Shown here piece by piece: positions 39,331 to 51,480 of a DNA stretch of 64,000 bases. A program made the position numbers and the translations under genes. This DNA is from Marsupella aquatica. Taxonomy: Eukaryota; Plantae; Marchantiophyta. The stretch covers positions 11,670,830 to 11,734,829 of the forward strand of contig OZ316896.1 in the NCBI GenBank assembly GCA_973895155.1. The letters are read 5' to 3'. Each line of letters starts with the position of its first letter. The stretch's first letter is position 1. The notes under the pieces were generated by a model that was not told where the DNA came from, searched no databases, and was given only the letters and a program-made list of their open reading frames with translations.

Positions 39331-41274
39331 TGTAGAGGAATGAATCTTGGCGAGGTCCGCCAACATGCATCTCAAGTTAGGACTTGCCCTCGCTTGTCGA
39401 GGAGGCCAGAAACTATGAATGTCAGCGAGGTCAGCCGATATGCATACATATCGGCGAGGCCGCTGACTTGTATCCCTCTATTGTCAACCATTGCGACGAG
39501 CAAGCAAATATGAAATGAACAACGTCAAACGCCAGAAAACTTACATGTTGGGAGTACTGCCGGCTTTTTCTTCTTGCACTTTTCTGGATTGGCTTTTGAA
39601 CGGACCACCTCTTCCTCCTCCAGGGAGATCACTCCAACCAGTTGTGCTAGTTGGTCTTGCGCACAAGTTCCGAAGTGAGGATAGGATTCAGTCCCAAACA
39701 CCATCCGCCCGCAATATTCACCCGCCTTGAATATTGCCCCAAACTGTGCGTTGAAAGTGAGGATAGTTGCCCCAGGGTGTGTTGTATATTCGATGATACA
39801 TTGGAGCGTTGCTAGCGACAATGTGCCCGCAAAAGGATCGTTAACCTGATTCTTCTTGGATCTATAGTTCGTTAGCCCATTCCTACTCTTCATATCGAGC
39901 TCTGCACTAATTGGTGCCACATCGTCCTTTGGGCATATCTCCACAGCAGATTGAAACCCCCACAGGTCTAGCTTGAGATATTCGCTCTGGATCGGCCAAA
40001 CATATTCTGAGGACAGACTTCCTCAGTTTAGGATAGTAAGTCATTGGAATAAAAAATAAATGAAGAAGTAGGTAATTGATGGGACTTACTCGCTTCCCAG
40101 TCCTACCATCGTAGGTGGGTGTGTCATTCCAGATAAAGAAGCTTTCTTTCAACCCCCAGTTGGTATTCTCGTAAACTAATGCATCATAAATGCAAGTTGA
40201 GTGCCGAAGTGAACCACTGTGCACAATGGCAAACAGTCCTTCGGAATCAAGGACATCTCGAGCAAACACCTGAACCCGGTTCAAGTCATCCTCCCGGAAC
40301 GAATTCCACAACGGGGTGGACTTACCCTCGACCATACGCGTGTCTGTTCCCATATGTATCAGAATTAAATCTGCACCAGTCTTCACTCACTTCCCCCCTT
40401 TTCTCCAGGCATTTTGACGCAAACCTTCCCGCAATAGCTTTCTGCACCATGAGATCAATTTACTAACTACAAGGGGTTTGGTACCTTCTTTAGCCGCATA
40501 AAAAAAGTTGTAAATAGATTTGGAGAGCACCTAAAATACATATGTCTACTCTGGGAAGACATGGTATTGGCATAAGGACGCCTTACTCCTTCCAGCTCTG
40601 TATTATCCTCTTCTCCAAGGGCCTCTTCATCCTCCTCATTTTCCAATGTGGGGTCAGGTTGGATGGTTGTGGGCGGAACCTCTCCAGTACCGAGCGGGGG
40701 AGGCGACTCAGTGGGGGAAGGAAGAGGAGGAAATTCCTTGTCACGTGCTTTGCTTGGGCTCCCTTTGGGAGCTCTGGGTCGCCTATTTTGCTTTCTTTTA
40801 AGGCCTTTTCCTTTTGCCGCGACAGTAATGGTGGCCGGTAAGGCACAGGAGAGATATCAGACAAGCGCCCTTCGTCTCCGGATTGTCCTTTGTCCTCTTC
40901 CTCTCGCTCCTCTTCCTCTCGCTCACCCACATCATCCTCACCTTGCTGCTTGTCAGCCAATTCATCTTGTACTTCAGGAGCCTCATGTGGAGGCAAGTCA
41001 AATTCTTGTAGTGGAGCCTCGTCTAGACCCAACTCAACTATTGGTTGTTTATCCTTGTGCCCTGGACCCTGCAAAACCCCTGGACCGTCCTCAACTACTG
41101 CCTTTGAAGCCGGCTCTACACCCTTGCTCTTGATAGAACCAGGTTCCGTTTGGATCTCTGCATGACCTGCATAGGATGCAAATTGATGAGCTTCATGATG
41201 GCAACTGCATCTCGGCAAGCCTTGCCAAGATCGGGTTCATTATATGCAAGCAACTTATTACTCAACTAATACTT

Positions 41275-41515
41275 CATCTCGGCGAGCCTCGCCAACATCT
41301 GGACTGGACCAGACCCTTAATCTCGGAGAGCCTCGCCGACATCTAGACTGGACTAGACACTTAATCTCGGAGAGCCTCGCCGACATCTGGACTGGACCAA
41401 ACACTTAATCTTGGAGAGCCTCGCCGACATCTGGACTGGACTAGACACTTAATCTCGGAGAGCCTCGCTGACATCTGGACTGGACCGGACACTTAATCTC
41501 GGCGAGCCTCGCCAA
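41275..41515. repeat. Tandem array, 44-bp unit, ~5.5 copies, probably intronic
   Basis: Unit AATCTCGGAGAGCCTCGCCGACATCTGGACTGGACCAGACACTT. Confidence 0.92.
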
Positions 41516-43268
41516 GTAATATAGGGGTCTGGATTTCAAAGACGCTCTAAGTCATCCACCCTCACCGAGATGAGACCTTCATTCCTTCGGTGTTATGTCA
41601 CCGACCCCAGCCAAGGTTTTTTCCAATGCAAGCCACCACCTGATTTGAAAGGAATTGAGTAATACCTGATGGGGTCTTTGTTGGAGTGCTTATAGAATCT
41701 GACTGACTGGCCTCGGCGGATTGTTCCTTGTCAACCTTCTTCTTGCCTCCTTCCTTTCGGGCCTTTTTCCCATCATAGGTTGGGTCCATTGGGATTATGG
41801 CCTCCAACACTATTGCCTGGGGCATAGAGTCCGTCAATTGTCGCAGCTTGGATATATCGTAGTAATTTGTAGGCTCCTGTTGGTCCTTCAGCTTCATTGC
41901 ACACTCCTTCTTAGCGTCATCGATAAAAGTATTCAAGTCACGGTATTCCATATACCATGGGCAGTTTTGACGTTCCCAATCGCAGACTACTCTGCCATTA
42001 GGAATTTGGCCATCACATGGATACATGCTAAGGCTCCCTTTCGGCTCCATCCAAGATGTGAGTGCCCATGGCAACTCTTTCACTATGGATGCATTCATGT
42101 TCTCCTGATTGATTAGAAATCTTGTCACGCACCTCTTTGTTCGCTTTTTCCACAATTCTTTTAACAGGACCGTGGCCTTCCCATCAATCCAAATTTCCCC
42201 GCCTAGTTTCAGTGATTTCTCTTGCACATAAGCTCGATAAAGCCTTCTGTATAGCTCTGCAAATTCCTCCTCTGTCCCGAAAAACTCATGGTACATCTGT
42301 ATTTGGTAGGCCAAAATCACACAACCAACGTGTTCAATATAACACCACATTGACCAGACCGCTACCCAGGATCTAATTGCAGCATCACCATTGCTACGTG
42401 GATGGCGATACATACTCTTCTCCTCCTCCGTTCCAAAATGAGCTTTTAATAGCTTTACCCTACACTCTGCAGTTACCCAAGCCCCAGCAAACAAGCGGAC
42501 CCTGTCCAAGCCAACCTGTACATTCATCACACCCTGCTTGGCGTCCTTTGACAACTTTTGATACAGTTGCCGACATACCGGCATGAACTGGTCTCCATTG
42601 GCCGGATTCATGCAGGCCGCAAGCTTGGGGAATTTGTTGTTCCAGGCCTTGCATGCAATAATAATCATTGCCTCCGTCTCCTCCTCAGTTCTCTTCACAC
42701 TCCACAGGTGCCCACGAGCTGCGTCTTGTGCCATCTCCTTGGAGATATTGATTCGTCCCGCTTCAATGTTTGACCAAGACATGATATACATAGCGGCTTC
42801 TTTTGTCATATTCTTTGAGTACCAAGTCTTCCCATGTCCTCGATTTCGGGCCTTCATGAAGCCTCCATTGTCTCCTTTGACATGAGCAAATTGTACTCCT
42901 CCAATGGAGTGTTCAATAGCTTTGCAACCCGATCAGCGTCATTAAACCAGGATGTCTTCACGATAGTCGCACTTATCCTGAAAATGATAAACAGTACTCA
43001 TAGTGGCAATTTCAGAGAGGCTCTCCAAGATGGCACACAAGGTTTACACAAATGGGTAATCACATTTTGCAAAAAGATGCGAATGAGAGTACTTAGGAGT
43101 TGAGAGCATGCATTGCTTGCTCAACCTTCTTGAATTCATCCTTCCCAGCGTTCAAAAGAGAGAATCTGACGCACGAATGGTATTGCAATTGATCCGGATA
43201 CTCAAAAGCAACTGCGGACCAGGCTGTGTATCTGTGGTTTCCATCAAAAACCCAAAACATCTTGTCCT

Positions 43269-46200
43269 TGTGGTGCGTCCCATGGCTCCCTAAACCCAAG
43301 AAACCCCCCAGCTCAAGCTGATTCCCACAGGTTTCGTGCTTGGCGAGGCCGTTTCCGCGGCTTAGCGGCATGGGACGCTGCTAACCTTCTACTACTACTA
43401 TTAACATTTTACACACATATACTGGACAGATCCTTCATCGGGTCATGAGATACGTAGCCGGCCTAATATAGGCCTTCCCCTGTCTTCCCCTGTCTTCCCC
43501 TCCGTCTTGTTAGGTATGTTTGGATTCCGCCGCCGGAATGATCCCCAATAGGCTTGGTTAAGCCGCTAAGACCTCTCTTAGCTCGACACATCCAACTCTC
43601 ACTCCCCTGCTTACTTTCCTTCCTTCTGTTGATGTGGGCACTCTTCACACAAGTTAATGCGACACACAAATAGCAAAATGACTCATTCTGACTGAGTCAT
43701 ACCATGCACTTGCCATACAAACAGTACATCTCATACACAAGTTCTGCGAACTAAGCCGTGAGGCCAACTCTATTCAGCTCTTAGGCATGAGGAAACATGA
43801 ATATACACAAGGGTCACTGTATGACTAACCGAGAGCTTCTCGTACTACTTGATCCCAGCCCGGCTGGTGCAAACTAAAAACTTGCTAAAGAAGAGGCCCT
43901 GAGCTCCCCGCTGCCCAGGTACTTATCCTGGTAGTGGATCCGCCATTCTTTGCATCGTAAGCCTAATCTACTTAACAGTAATCTACTTGCCCGAATCTAC
44001 CTACGTACAGCAAGGCAGGAGCACAAGTGTTGCTCCTACCAGTGGGACCGCAATCCCACTAAGCTAAGTGTCAGGGCCGCTCCTGGTTCTGATCCTAATC
44101 CTAAACGTGGAGATCCGCGCCCGCCCTGCCCACTCACGCCTCCTCCCTCCACGTCCGCCCTCCCTAAAAGGAACGGCGCCCTTGCACCGTCACGACACCG
44201 GTGGTGGATCCTTAATGGACGCCCCCAACGCTTCCTCCTCAGCCACTGCCGTAGGCTCATTCCCTGACAGATTACCTGCCCTTGACTGAGTCAACTCTCC
44301 ATCGGCCTGACTGGGTCCACCATCGGCGTCGGCATCGGCTCGAGAATCGGTTACGGCCTTAGCCTCGGCTACGGTCTCCCCGGCCTGCTCAAGAGGCGGA
44401 TCTGGAATACTGGCCTCCTTACTGGGTAGTTCGGCTTGGGCCGCACCATCCCTACCTGTGATCATAGCGGGATCTATTGCCGTATTCATGTCGGAGGATG
44501 GTGCTGGTTCTACCTCTTTGGTCACCACGGCTTGTGGAGTCGGATTACTCCTTGACCCTGAAGGTTTCCGCTTTTTCTTCTTTTCTGGTTCGGCAGCTGG
44601 TCCCTTCCCCTTCCCACTTACCTCCGGCACTGGTGCAGTTGGCGCGGCTTTTTCTTCGGCCAGTACCACTCCTGGTAACTTGGTTGCCCCAATTGGAGTT
44701 GGGCCTGATGAAGACAAGCACCTAAATACTGCGGCTTGTTTCTTCAGCCGCTCCGTTTGGTTGTCGGCCCGCCGCTGGAGGTTCTCCATCTTCCTCGTGA
44801 TTTCCTCCAACTCCTCCTGGGTCTCATCCAGGTCCTTGCGTGCCTCCTCTAGTTCCTTCTGGGCTTCCTCCCGTTCTTGTTTCAAGGTAGTCCTCTCCTC
44901 CTGGGTTGCTTTTAGCTCCTTGTCGAGCTCTGCAATGATGACAGACTCCATCTGGTTCATCTTGGCGTAAGTCTGTTCGAGCATCTCGTCCTTCTCCCTT
45001 AGGTCGGCCTTGAAGCTGGCCGTCAGGGACGCAAGCTCCTGCTGCAGTGCCATAATCCCTTGATAGGATTTCCCTAACTCGGCCTCCTTCTGCTCAAGGG
45101 CTCCGCGGATTTTCTCGAGCTCCCCTTTCAACGCCCATTCCTTTCTTTGGGTTTCCGCCATGGCCCGGCTGTTGGCTGTTATGTGGGCCTCCTCTGTATT
45201 CTTCAGCTCTTGCTTCCACTTCTCCCTCTCTTTGATCGTGTCGGCCAACTCTTCCTGCGTCTGAGTCAGTTTATCCTTGATATTCTGATTATCAGCCTGC
45301 GCGGTGTCCAACTGCCCCTGCATGATGTTCAGCTCATGTCGTTTAATCCGCAGTTCATCTTGGGCTTTCTTGGCCGCCCTTAGATCTTCAATCTCGGCTT
45401 CCATCCTCCTAAGCCGCCGAATGACCTCGTCCTTCTTGCTTCTCTCTAAAGCCACCGCTTCTTCTAATTGGTGCTTCTCCAACTGCTCCCTATGGAAAAA
45501 GGGTCCTACTTCCAACTCCTCTCCAAAGATGCCGAGCGCAAGTTCCCCACACATCTCACCATACTCCATGGCTCTATTCTTAGCGTAGGTGGAGTAAGTA
45601 GAAGTGATCGGCATCGCCCATCGCGGCCTCTGCTCCCAAGCCGTCCTGCGGATCTCTTCAATCGTGGCTAGAGGTTTGCTTCCTTTTTTGGCTAGCCGCC
45701 TGATGTCCTCCGGCCAATCTCCTCCTAGTAAATCCTTTTCCTTAGCCAGGGCGGCCTCCTCCTCCTGCTTGATTCGCTCCTGAAATTCCTGCACCGTCTG
45801 TTTTATGCCGTCGAAGCTCGGGGGAGCAACATCTGGTGGGGGAGACTCAGGGCTACTCTGCTGGTTGGGGTCCCCTCGCACTACCCTTGGAAGTGTGGGG
45901 ACAAACCGGCCACAAGTCCTTACTCCTGGAACGTGATGGTCCGACCCATAGCCGGAATTATCATGGCTGCAGTCCTCCACTGGCTCCTCTACCTCTTGGA
46001 CGTCCGGCTTCTCCCTCTCCTCTTCGTCGGTAGGAGCTTCAGGCAATTCTGCCTCAGATTCGGAGCTTGAGGTTCCCACGTACATTCGAACACCTGGCTT
46101 GGATTCCGGCCTGATTCTCTCCTTATCTCCAGCAAAGGGGTTTTCTCTTGTGAGCCGGTGTAGGCCTACCTCTGTAGTAGTGTCCTGCATTGTTGCCATT

Positions 46201-47937
46201 GCCGTTGTTGTTGCCGATGCCGATTTCTTTTCTTTCTCCAGTAGTTTCAGCAGACTCTGCATGCCTGGTTGCTGCATCGGCAAGTCTTCCTTCCTGGGCC
46301 TAAACACCTGCTCGATCGTAGGACTAACAGGTGGTTGAGGCTTCTCAGCCAACGGCCTCGGCGTTGGAGCTTCCTCGGGTGCCCTTACCTGCAGGGGAAG
46401 TACCGGGGCAAAAGTCTGACCTCTGGCATACCGGCACAACAGCGGCATGTGATAGCCCAGCCGCGACACGCTCCCCATGCCGATTACCTGCTGCTCCTCC
46501 TTTAAGATCTTCTTCAATTGGTTGAGGAGGTACCCGTTGTAGTCCCGGCTTGGGTCTGGCCTTTCTGCCAGATAGACCTGTGCCTTGCCGATCTCTGCCC
46601 TCGGCAAGTTACAATGCATGGTCACCCGCAAGAAGTCGATCATCTCTCCTATGTGCGGGTTGGTGCAGGTGTTCCGGAAGAAGCCATTCTTCGTTGATGG
46701 CCCGGGGAACGACCGGAACTCCTTGTCAGGCAAGGTCTTCCTGGTATCAACTTTGGTCTTATTGCCTATCGGCAGGCCAAACACTTCGGCAATTACCTTG
46801 GGAGTAAGATAGAAATCCTTCCCATATATCCTCGTGCAATTGGTCTCGGGTTCCCATGACCCCACGAATTCTAATAGGTCTGACTCTGGTACCTCCGGCT
46901 TCAGCCATGGTAATCTTACAAAGGCCTCCAAGCCGGATCCGGCCATGAAGCCTTGGTACTTCTTGGTCTGCATGGCCGTAAAGCATGCATCCTCCTCCCG
47001 TGCAAAATGTAGTTGCACCTCCACCGGTAGGGTTGCCGCCCAGCCTTTCCAGGTGTCATCCCTGGTTGGAATGGTCTTGATGGGATCGACCTCCTCCTCT
47101 TCGGCTTCTCCCTGCCTCCTGTTCTGCTGCTCGGCTGGCTTCTTTGGTGCCGCCGACCTCGTTCTTTTTGCCGGGGTGGCTTCATCGTTGACGGCTCCCT
47201 TCCTCTTCATCTCTGCTGCCGTGGAGGTTTCTCCTAGCACCGTTGCCTGGGTCCACCTTTCCGTGCTACCCTTTAATTCCCAGTGTATGTCGTTGCAGTT
47301 CTTGATGGCCTCTCGGATGCCGACGACGCTGTCTTTGCAAAATAGAAGATCGTCGAGTTGATTGGAAGTAGGCGTCCACAGGAACTCGTCCTTGATGAGT
47401 TCGCCTCCTAAGAAAGCCGTCTTCTGCAGCTCCCACAATCGAGCGAGCTCCTGCCATTCTCGAGCTGCCCTTTCTGATTCCTCGTCCTCGTAAGTCTTGA
47501 TGTACTCAGTTGCCCGTTCGAACAGGCATCCCCAGAAATGTGCCGCTTGATTGACGTTGCTCATACCCTCCTTAGGTTGATCGTCGGTATCTACTCTCTC
47601 CCCGAGTGCTTGCCTAAGCAGCTGACAGTAGTTGGCCTCCCGTAGTCGTCTGCCTAGTTCGTGCTCGCAAATGAGCCACCATCTCCTGCAAGCGCTCCTT
47701 ACCCCTCCCCTCTGCCGGTCCTTCTTCCCGTTGATCCTTCCTAGCCGCCGACGCTTAACGCGCCCTAACCCTAATCGGGTTTTCACCCTCAGCCTTACCT
47801 CCGGCCTCTGCCCGGGTTCCATGGTTGCCCCTAATTGTTTATATTTTCCTTGTTTTGTCCCTATACTAAGGTGTTCCTAGGGTGCCTTCCTGCTTTACCC
47901 ACTTAACCGGCCGAGTGATTCCTGTCTAGGCATCACA
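43269..47937 (-). mobile_element. 4.67-kb TG...CA insertion, probable large solo LTR carrying a long ORF
   Basis: Termini TGTGGTGC...GCATCACA. Perfect TSD GTCCT (43264-43268, 47938-47942). No internal direct repeats or gag/pol seen. Confidence 0.85.
44190..47822 (-). CDS. 1210-aa protein: PMD/'plant transposon protein'-like segment plus long SMC-like coiled coil
   Basis: Uninterrupted ORF. LLEFVGSWEPETNCTRIYGKDFYLTPKVIAEVFGLP resembles PMD/Transposase_32 motifs; roughly 250 aa of E/K/Q/L heptads; KKKKRK NLS-like motif. Confidence 0.75.
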   Translation of the reverse strand: MEPGQRPEVRLRVKTRLGLGRVKRRRLGRINGKKDRQRGGVRSACRRWWLICEHELGRRLREANYCQLLRQALGERVDTDDQPKEGMSNVNQAAHFWGCLFERATEYIKTYEDEESERAAREWQELARLWELQKTAFLGGELIKDEFLWTPTSNQLDDLLFCKDSVVGIREAIKNCNDIHWELKGSTERWTQATVLGETSTAAEMKRKGAVNDEATPAKRTRSAAPKKPAEQQNRRQGEAEEEEVDPIKTIPTRDDTWKGWAATLPVEVQLHFAREEDACFTAMQTKKYQGFMAGSGLEAFVRLPWLKPEVPESDLLEFVGSWEPETNCTRIYGKDFYLTPKVIAEVFGLPIGNKTKVDTRKTLPDKEFRSFPGPSTKNGFFRNTCTNPHIGEMIDFLRVTMHCNLPRAEIGKAQVYLAERPDPSRDYNGYLLNQLKKILKEEQQVIGMGSVSRLGYHMPLLCRYARGQTFAPVLPLQVRAPEEAPTPRPLAEKPQPPVSPTIEQVFRPRKEDLPMQQPGMQSLLKLLEKEKKSASATTTAMATMQDTTTEVGLHRLTRENPFAGDKERIRPESKPGVRMYVGTSSSESEAELPEAPTDEEEREKPDVQEVEEPVEDCSHDNSGYGSDHHVPGVRTCGRFVPTLPRVVRGDPNQQSSPESPPPDVAPPSFDGIKQTVQEFQERIKQEEEAALAKEKDLLGGDWPEDIRRLAKKGSKPLATIEEIRRTAWEQRPRWAMPITSTYSTYAKNRAMEYGEMCGELALGIFGEELEVGPFFHREQLEKHQLEEAVALERSKKDEVIRRLRRMEAEIEDLRAAKKAQDELRIKRHELNIMQGQLDTAQADNQNIKDKLTQTQEELADTIKEREKWKQELKNTEEAHITANSRAMAETQRKEWALKGELEKIRGALEQKEAELGKSYQGIMALQQELASLTASFKADLREKDEMLEQTYAKMNQMESVIIAELDKELKATQEERTTLKQEREEAQKELEEARKDLDETQEELEEITRKMENLQRRADNQTERLKKQAAVFRCLSSSGPTPIGATKLPGVVLAEEKAAPTAPVPEVSGKGKGPAAEPEKKKKRKPSGSRSNPTPQAVVTKEVEPAPSSDMNTAIDPAMITGRDGAAQAELPSKEASIPDPPLEQAGETVAEAKAVTDSRADADADGGPSQADGELTQSRAGNLSGNEPTAVAEEEALGASIKDPPPVS

Positions 47938-49629
47938 GTCCTTAAGGACTTTGAACTCCTCTGATGCATCGCACTCTTGCTCAAACTGTTCATTGAGCTG
48001 AGTCCATAGAGGGTCCCAAAATGGCTTGAAGTTTGTCACTGTCTGCGTTTCTCCAATTTCATTGAACTCAGTAATGTGGAACTCGCTGAGCTTCACAACA
48101 TAGCTGCTCTCTTTAAATCCTTTTTTTAATTTTGTAACCGGCTCATCCTGAAGATTCCTCACTTCCTCCATTGGCATGAGCCGGCACAAGGGGATCCGGG
48201 GCGGATCCTTACTAAACTTTGTCTCATACTTGGAGACGCTAGACTCCCAAGCTCCCTTCTCAGCAATATCAGCCAATTCCGCCGCTCCAATAGGCTCAAA
48301 TGATATATGCTTTGGCTCAAACTTCCTCCTGGAGTTGACTGACTCCATAAGTGGACCACCCTATGAGCGCGTCAGTCGAGACATGATTGGCGAAGGAGAT
48401 TTGGATCGTGGTTTCTTACTCCGCTGAGAAGTTTGACTGTCGACAGGTCCAGCTCCAGTCGAGTCTTTCCTCTTCGGCATTTTGACCTTAGATTACATGA
48501 GAAATGAAAGAGTTATTACTCGGCAATAGCTCGACCTATAAACCTGACAAGATCTCAGTGAGCCCCGCCGAGAGAGCCAGTTTTCAAGGATACGCGGGGT
48601 CCAGCCTCTCACACATTTGATTCATCTACAAATGGATTTGACATATCAAGAAAAAGGGGGAGCCAAGAGAAAAACCTGAGAGAATCACCAACGCTCACGG
48701 CAAATCACTGTCGCAAATGCTCACAAACAAATGTTGCCACAAACGCTCACGGAGAAGCTACTACTAGCTCACTGCCTCAAAACACCAACGCAATCCAGTA
48801 GACACGATAACAGGGTTGCACAGGAGAGTTTACCGTGAGTGGGACGACTGAAGAAGAGCAAGAACAATGCGGATGTGAGCGCGGAGAAGTGAGAGATTGC
48901 ACATACCAATATGCAAAGATTGAGGAAGAGCGCGGATTAGAGCGCGAACGAGTAAGGGATTGCGCAAAAGAGTGAGGCAGAGTGAGAAGGTCCGGGGATT
49001 AGTGATAAAGACAAGCGCCAAACCTAAGGTCACACCGTGGAAGAGTGACGAGGAAGGAACGACATCCACTTCAAGGAATAACGTACCGCACAGACTACAC
49101 AACACTAAAGTACACAATAGATACGGGAGATCCTAACTATACTTCGATACGTACATGTTGTTAACGGCCCAAACAAGAAAGTACACAATGCTAACACGAG
49201 TACTGACCACCACTAGTATGAGAGAGTTTAGGGTACATTTAGGGTACAATTAGGGACTTCGGCCTACAACTCAAATGAGTCCGAATGTAGGAGACCCTCG
49301 CCGTCATTTCATTCCGAGGCCTACTGAGACGTGTCAACATCTCGGTGCATCAGCTCAAAGAGGAATTGGTTGCCCACAAGCATTATCATTTGGGTGGCTT
49401 AACTAAAAGAGGAAATTGGGGTTAAGAGAAGGGGGAAGAGCACAAGTCAACAAGATCGAGGAGGGTTTGTTGGAGGAGACTTAATAAAGGCGGCCAATTA
49501 TGTTTAGGGTTTAGGGTTTAGGGAAGAATTTAGGGTTTAGGGTTTAGGGTAAAATATGAGAAGTAGAAAAAAGTCCAACACTCTAGTGAACTTCACGGTA
49601 GAAAAGTATGCCTCTTGGGTCAAAAAGGT

Positions 49630-51480
49630 CACCAGCCTCTCGGAGACCCTCTCTGAGATGGAGTCATGGGCGTACTTTGGCCAGATGACACCACTTGTGG
49701 ACCTTGTTAACAGTTTCAAAGGGTTAGCTACAACATACACTGTGTCTCTCAGAGACCCTCTCCGAGATGAAATTAAGGGTATTCCGTTTCAAAGGAAGGA
49801 CCCAAATTGGTTCTATCCAACATCCGATGTCAGAGACCCTCTGTGAGATGGAGTGGTGTGGCCCGAACGGCCAGACGGCAAAAATTGTCAATCGCATCTT
49901 GGGTGGAAAGGGAAGCGAGATTGCAACCCAATCGCTCGGAGACCCTCTCTGAGATGGAGCCGTGTGCCCCAAGTGGCCAGAGAGCAGTTCTCCCAGATCG
50001 CCTATTCGGTCAGAAAAATCGCCAAATGAGACCCAGCCTCTCGGAGACCCTCTCTGAGATGGAGTCATGGGCGTACTTTGGCCAGATGACACCACTTGTA
50101 GACCCTGTTAACAGTTTCAAAGGGTTAGCTACAACATACATTGTGTCTCTCAAAGACCCTCTCCGAGATGAAATTAAGGGTATTCCGTTTCAAATGAAGG
50201 ACCCAAATTGGTTCTATCCCACATTCGATGTCAGAGATCCTCGCCAAAATACAAGGATGAACCCAAAAGTGCATGCAAAAATTGACCATACAATACTTTT
50301 CAATATTTTTACAATGTAATTTTGTACGGATCGCGTGTCCATACAAATCTACCATCTCAGAGAGGCTCGCCGAGTACAAATACTATTGCCCAAATGACCC
50401 GAGTCCATCTCAGAGACCCCACCGAGAATAATTTAGGGTGGAAACTAAATGTCAGAGACCATCGCAGAGTAGGATTCTAGGTAAAAGTCTATGAGAATCC
50501 ATCTCAGAATCTCGAAGACCCCCACCGAGAATGACTTGGGATGAAAAGTAAATGACACTCAGCGACCAAGGAAGTCCCTAATCCACCACAGAGAGGCTCG
50601 CCAGATAGCGCGACCGGGGTATAACCACCGTGCCAGGAAACAGTAAAAAGGAAACAGCAAATAGTAAACAATAAACAACAAAATGGATGAGAATTTTTTG
50701 AAATTATTTTGAAATTATTTTTGGAATTTTATTTTTTTTGGTTTGTATTTTTGACATTTTTTTACTAGCGCCCCAAGCTAGTAATAGTAGCGCCTGGCGC
50801 TAGCCAAAAATGATCATTTTGAAAATTTCGAGTTTTAATGAGAAATTTTTTATATCTCATTTTTGCTCATAACAGTAAAATTTTGCTCATAACAGGAAAT
50901 CATTTTCCTATTTCCTGGCACGGTGTAAAGCCTCACGCAACCGCATGTCAGAGACCCTCGCCGAGTAGGATTCTAGGTAAAAGTCTATGAGAATCCATCT
51001 CAGAATCTCGGAGACCCCCGCCGAGAATGACTTGGGATGAAAAGTAAATGACACTCAGCGACCAAGGAAGTCCCTAATCCACCATAGAGAGGCTCGCCAG
51101 ATAGCGTGACCGCATGTCAGAGACCCTCGTCGAGTAGGATTCTAGGTCAAAGTCTATGAGAATCCATCTCAGAATCTTGGAGACCCCCACCGAGAATGAC
51201 TTGGGATGAAAAGTAAATGACACTCAGTGACCAAGGAAGTCCCTAATCCACCACAGAGAGGCTCGCCAGATAGCGCGACCGCATGTCAGAGACCCTCGCC
51301 GAGTAGGATTCTAGATAAAAGTCTATGAGAATCCATCTCAGAATCTTGAAGACCCCCGCCGAGAATGACTTGGGATGAAAAGTAAATGACACTCAACGAC
51401 CGAGGAAGTCCCTAATCCACCACAAAGAGGCTCGCCAGATAGCGCGACCGCATGTCAGAGACCCTCGCCGAGTAGGAAGT
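49630..51480. repeat. Repeat region between the divergent ParB-like and transposase genes: ~200-bp duplicated block and ~172-bp tandem unit (~4 copies)
   Basis: 49633-49840 is repeated at 50034-50240. Unit GTCAGAGACCCTCGCCGAGTAGGATTCTAGG...CAGATAGCGCGACCGCAT is repeated over 50450-51480. Confidence 0.88.
50617..50934. mobile_element. Non-autonomous MULE-like MITE (318 bp) nested in the 172-bp array
   Basis: TIR core CACCGTGCCAGGAAA / TTTCCTGGCACGGTG. 9-bp flanks GCGCGACCG and ACGCAACCG differ by two G-to-A changes. Confidence 0.85.

Larger units (their letters stand above)
39525..48480 (-). pseudogene. Multi-exon gene: ParB/Srx-like N-terminal domain, helical region, acidic linker, degenerate beta-class N6A/N4C methyltransferase-like domain; split by a nested insertion
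   Basis: ATG at 48480. IPLCRLMPMEEVR...EFKVL|KDKMFWVFDGNHRYTAW rejoins in frame across 43269-47937. Then 419-aa ORF 41598-42857, ORF 40583-41218, GADLILIHMG...VLDSEGLFAIV (39907-40386) and TTHPGATILTFNAQFGAIFKAGEYCGRMVFGTE (39525-39944). Joining all pieces into one gene is inferred. Confidence 0.65.

Noticed and set aside
39525-40386. Calling the MTase-like domain an active 6mA/4mC methyltransferase
   Set aside because: Catalytic (D/N/S)PP(Y/F) and FxGxG motifs are not preserved; only fold-level resemblance can be argued.
38922-41515. Regular 39-bp and 44-bp arrays with a palindromic core as CRISPR arrays
   Set aside because: No unique spacers, no cas genes, eukaryotic context; these are tandem repeats.
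44458-47880. Plus-strand ORFs opposite the 1210-aa ORF
   Set aside because: Antisense shadows of a long coding sequence.
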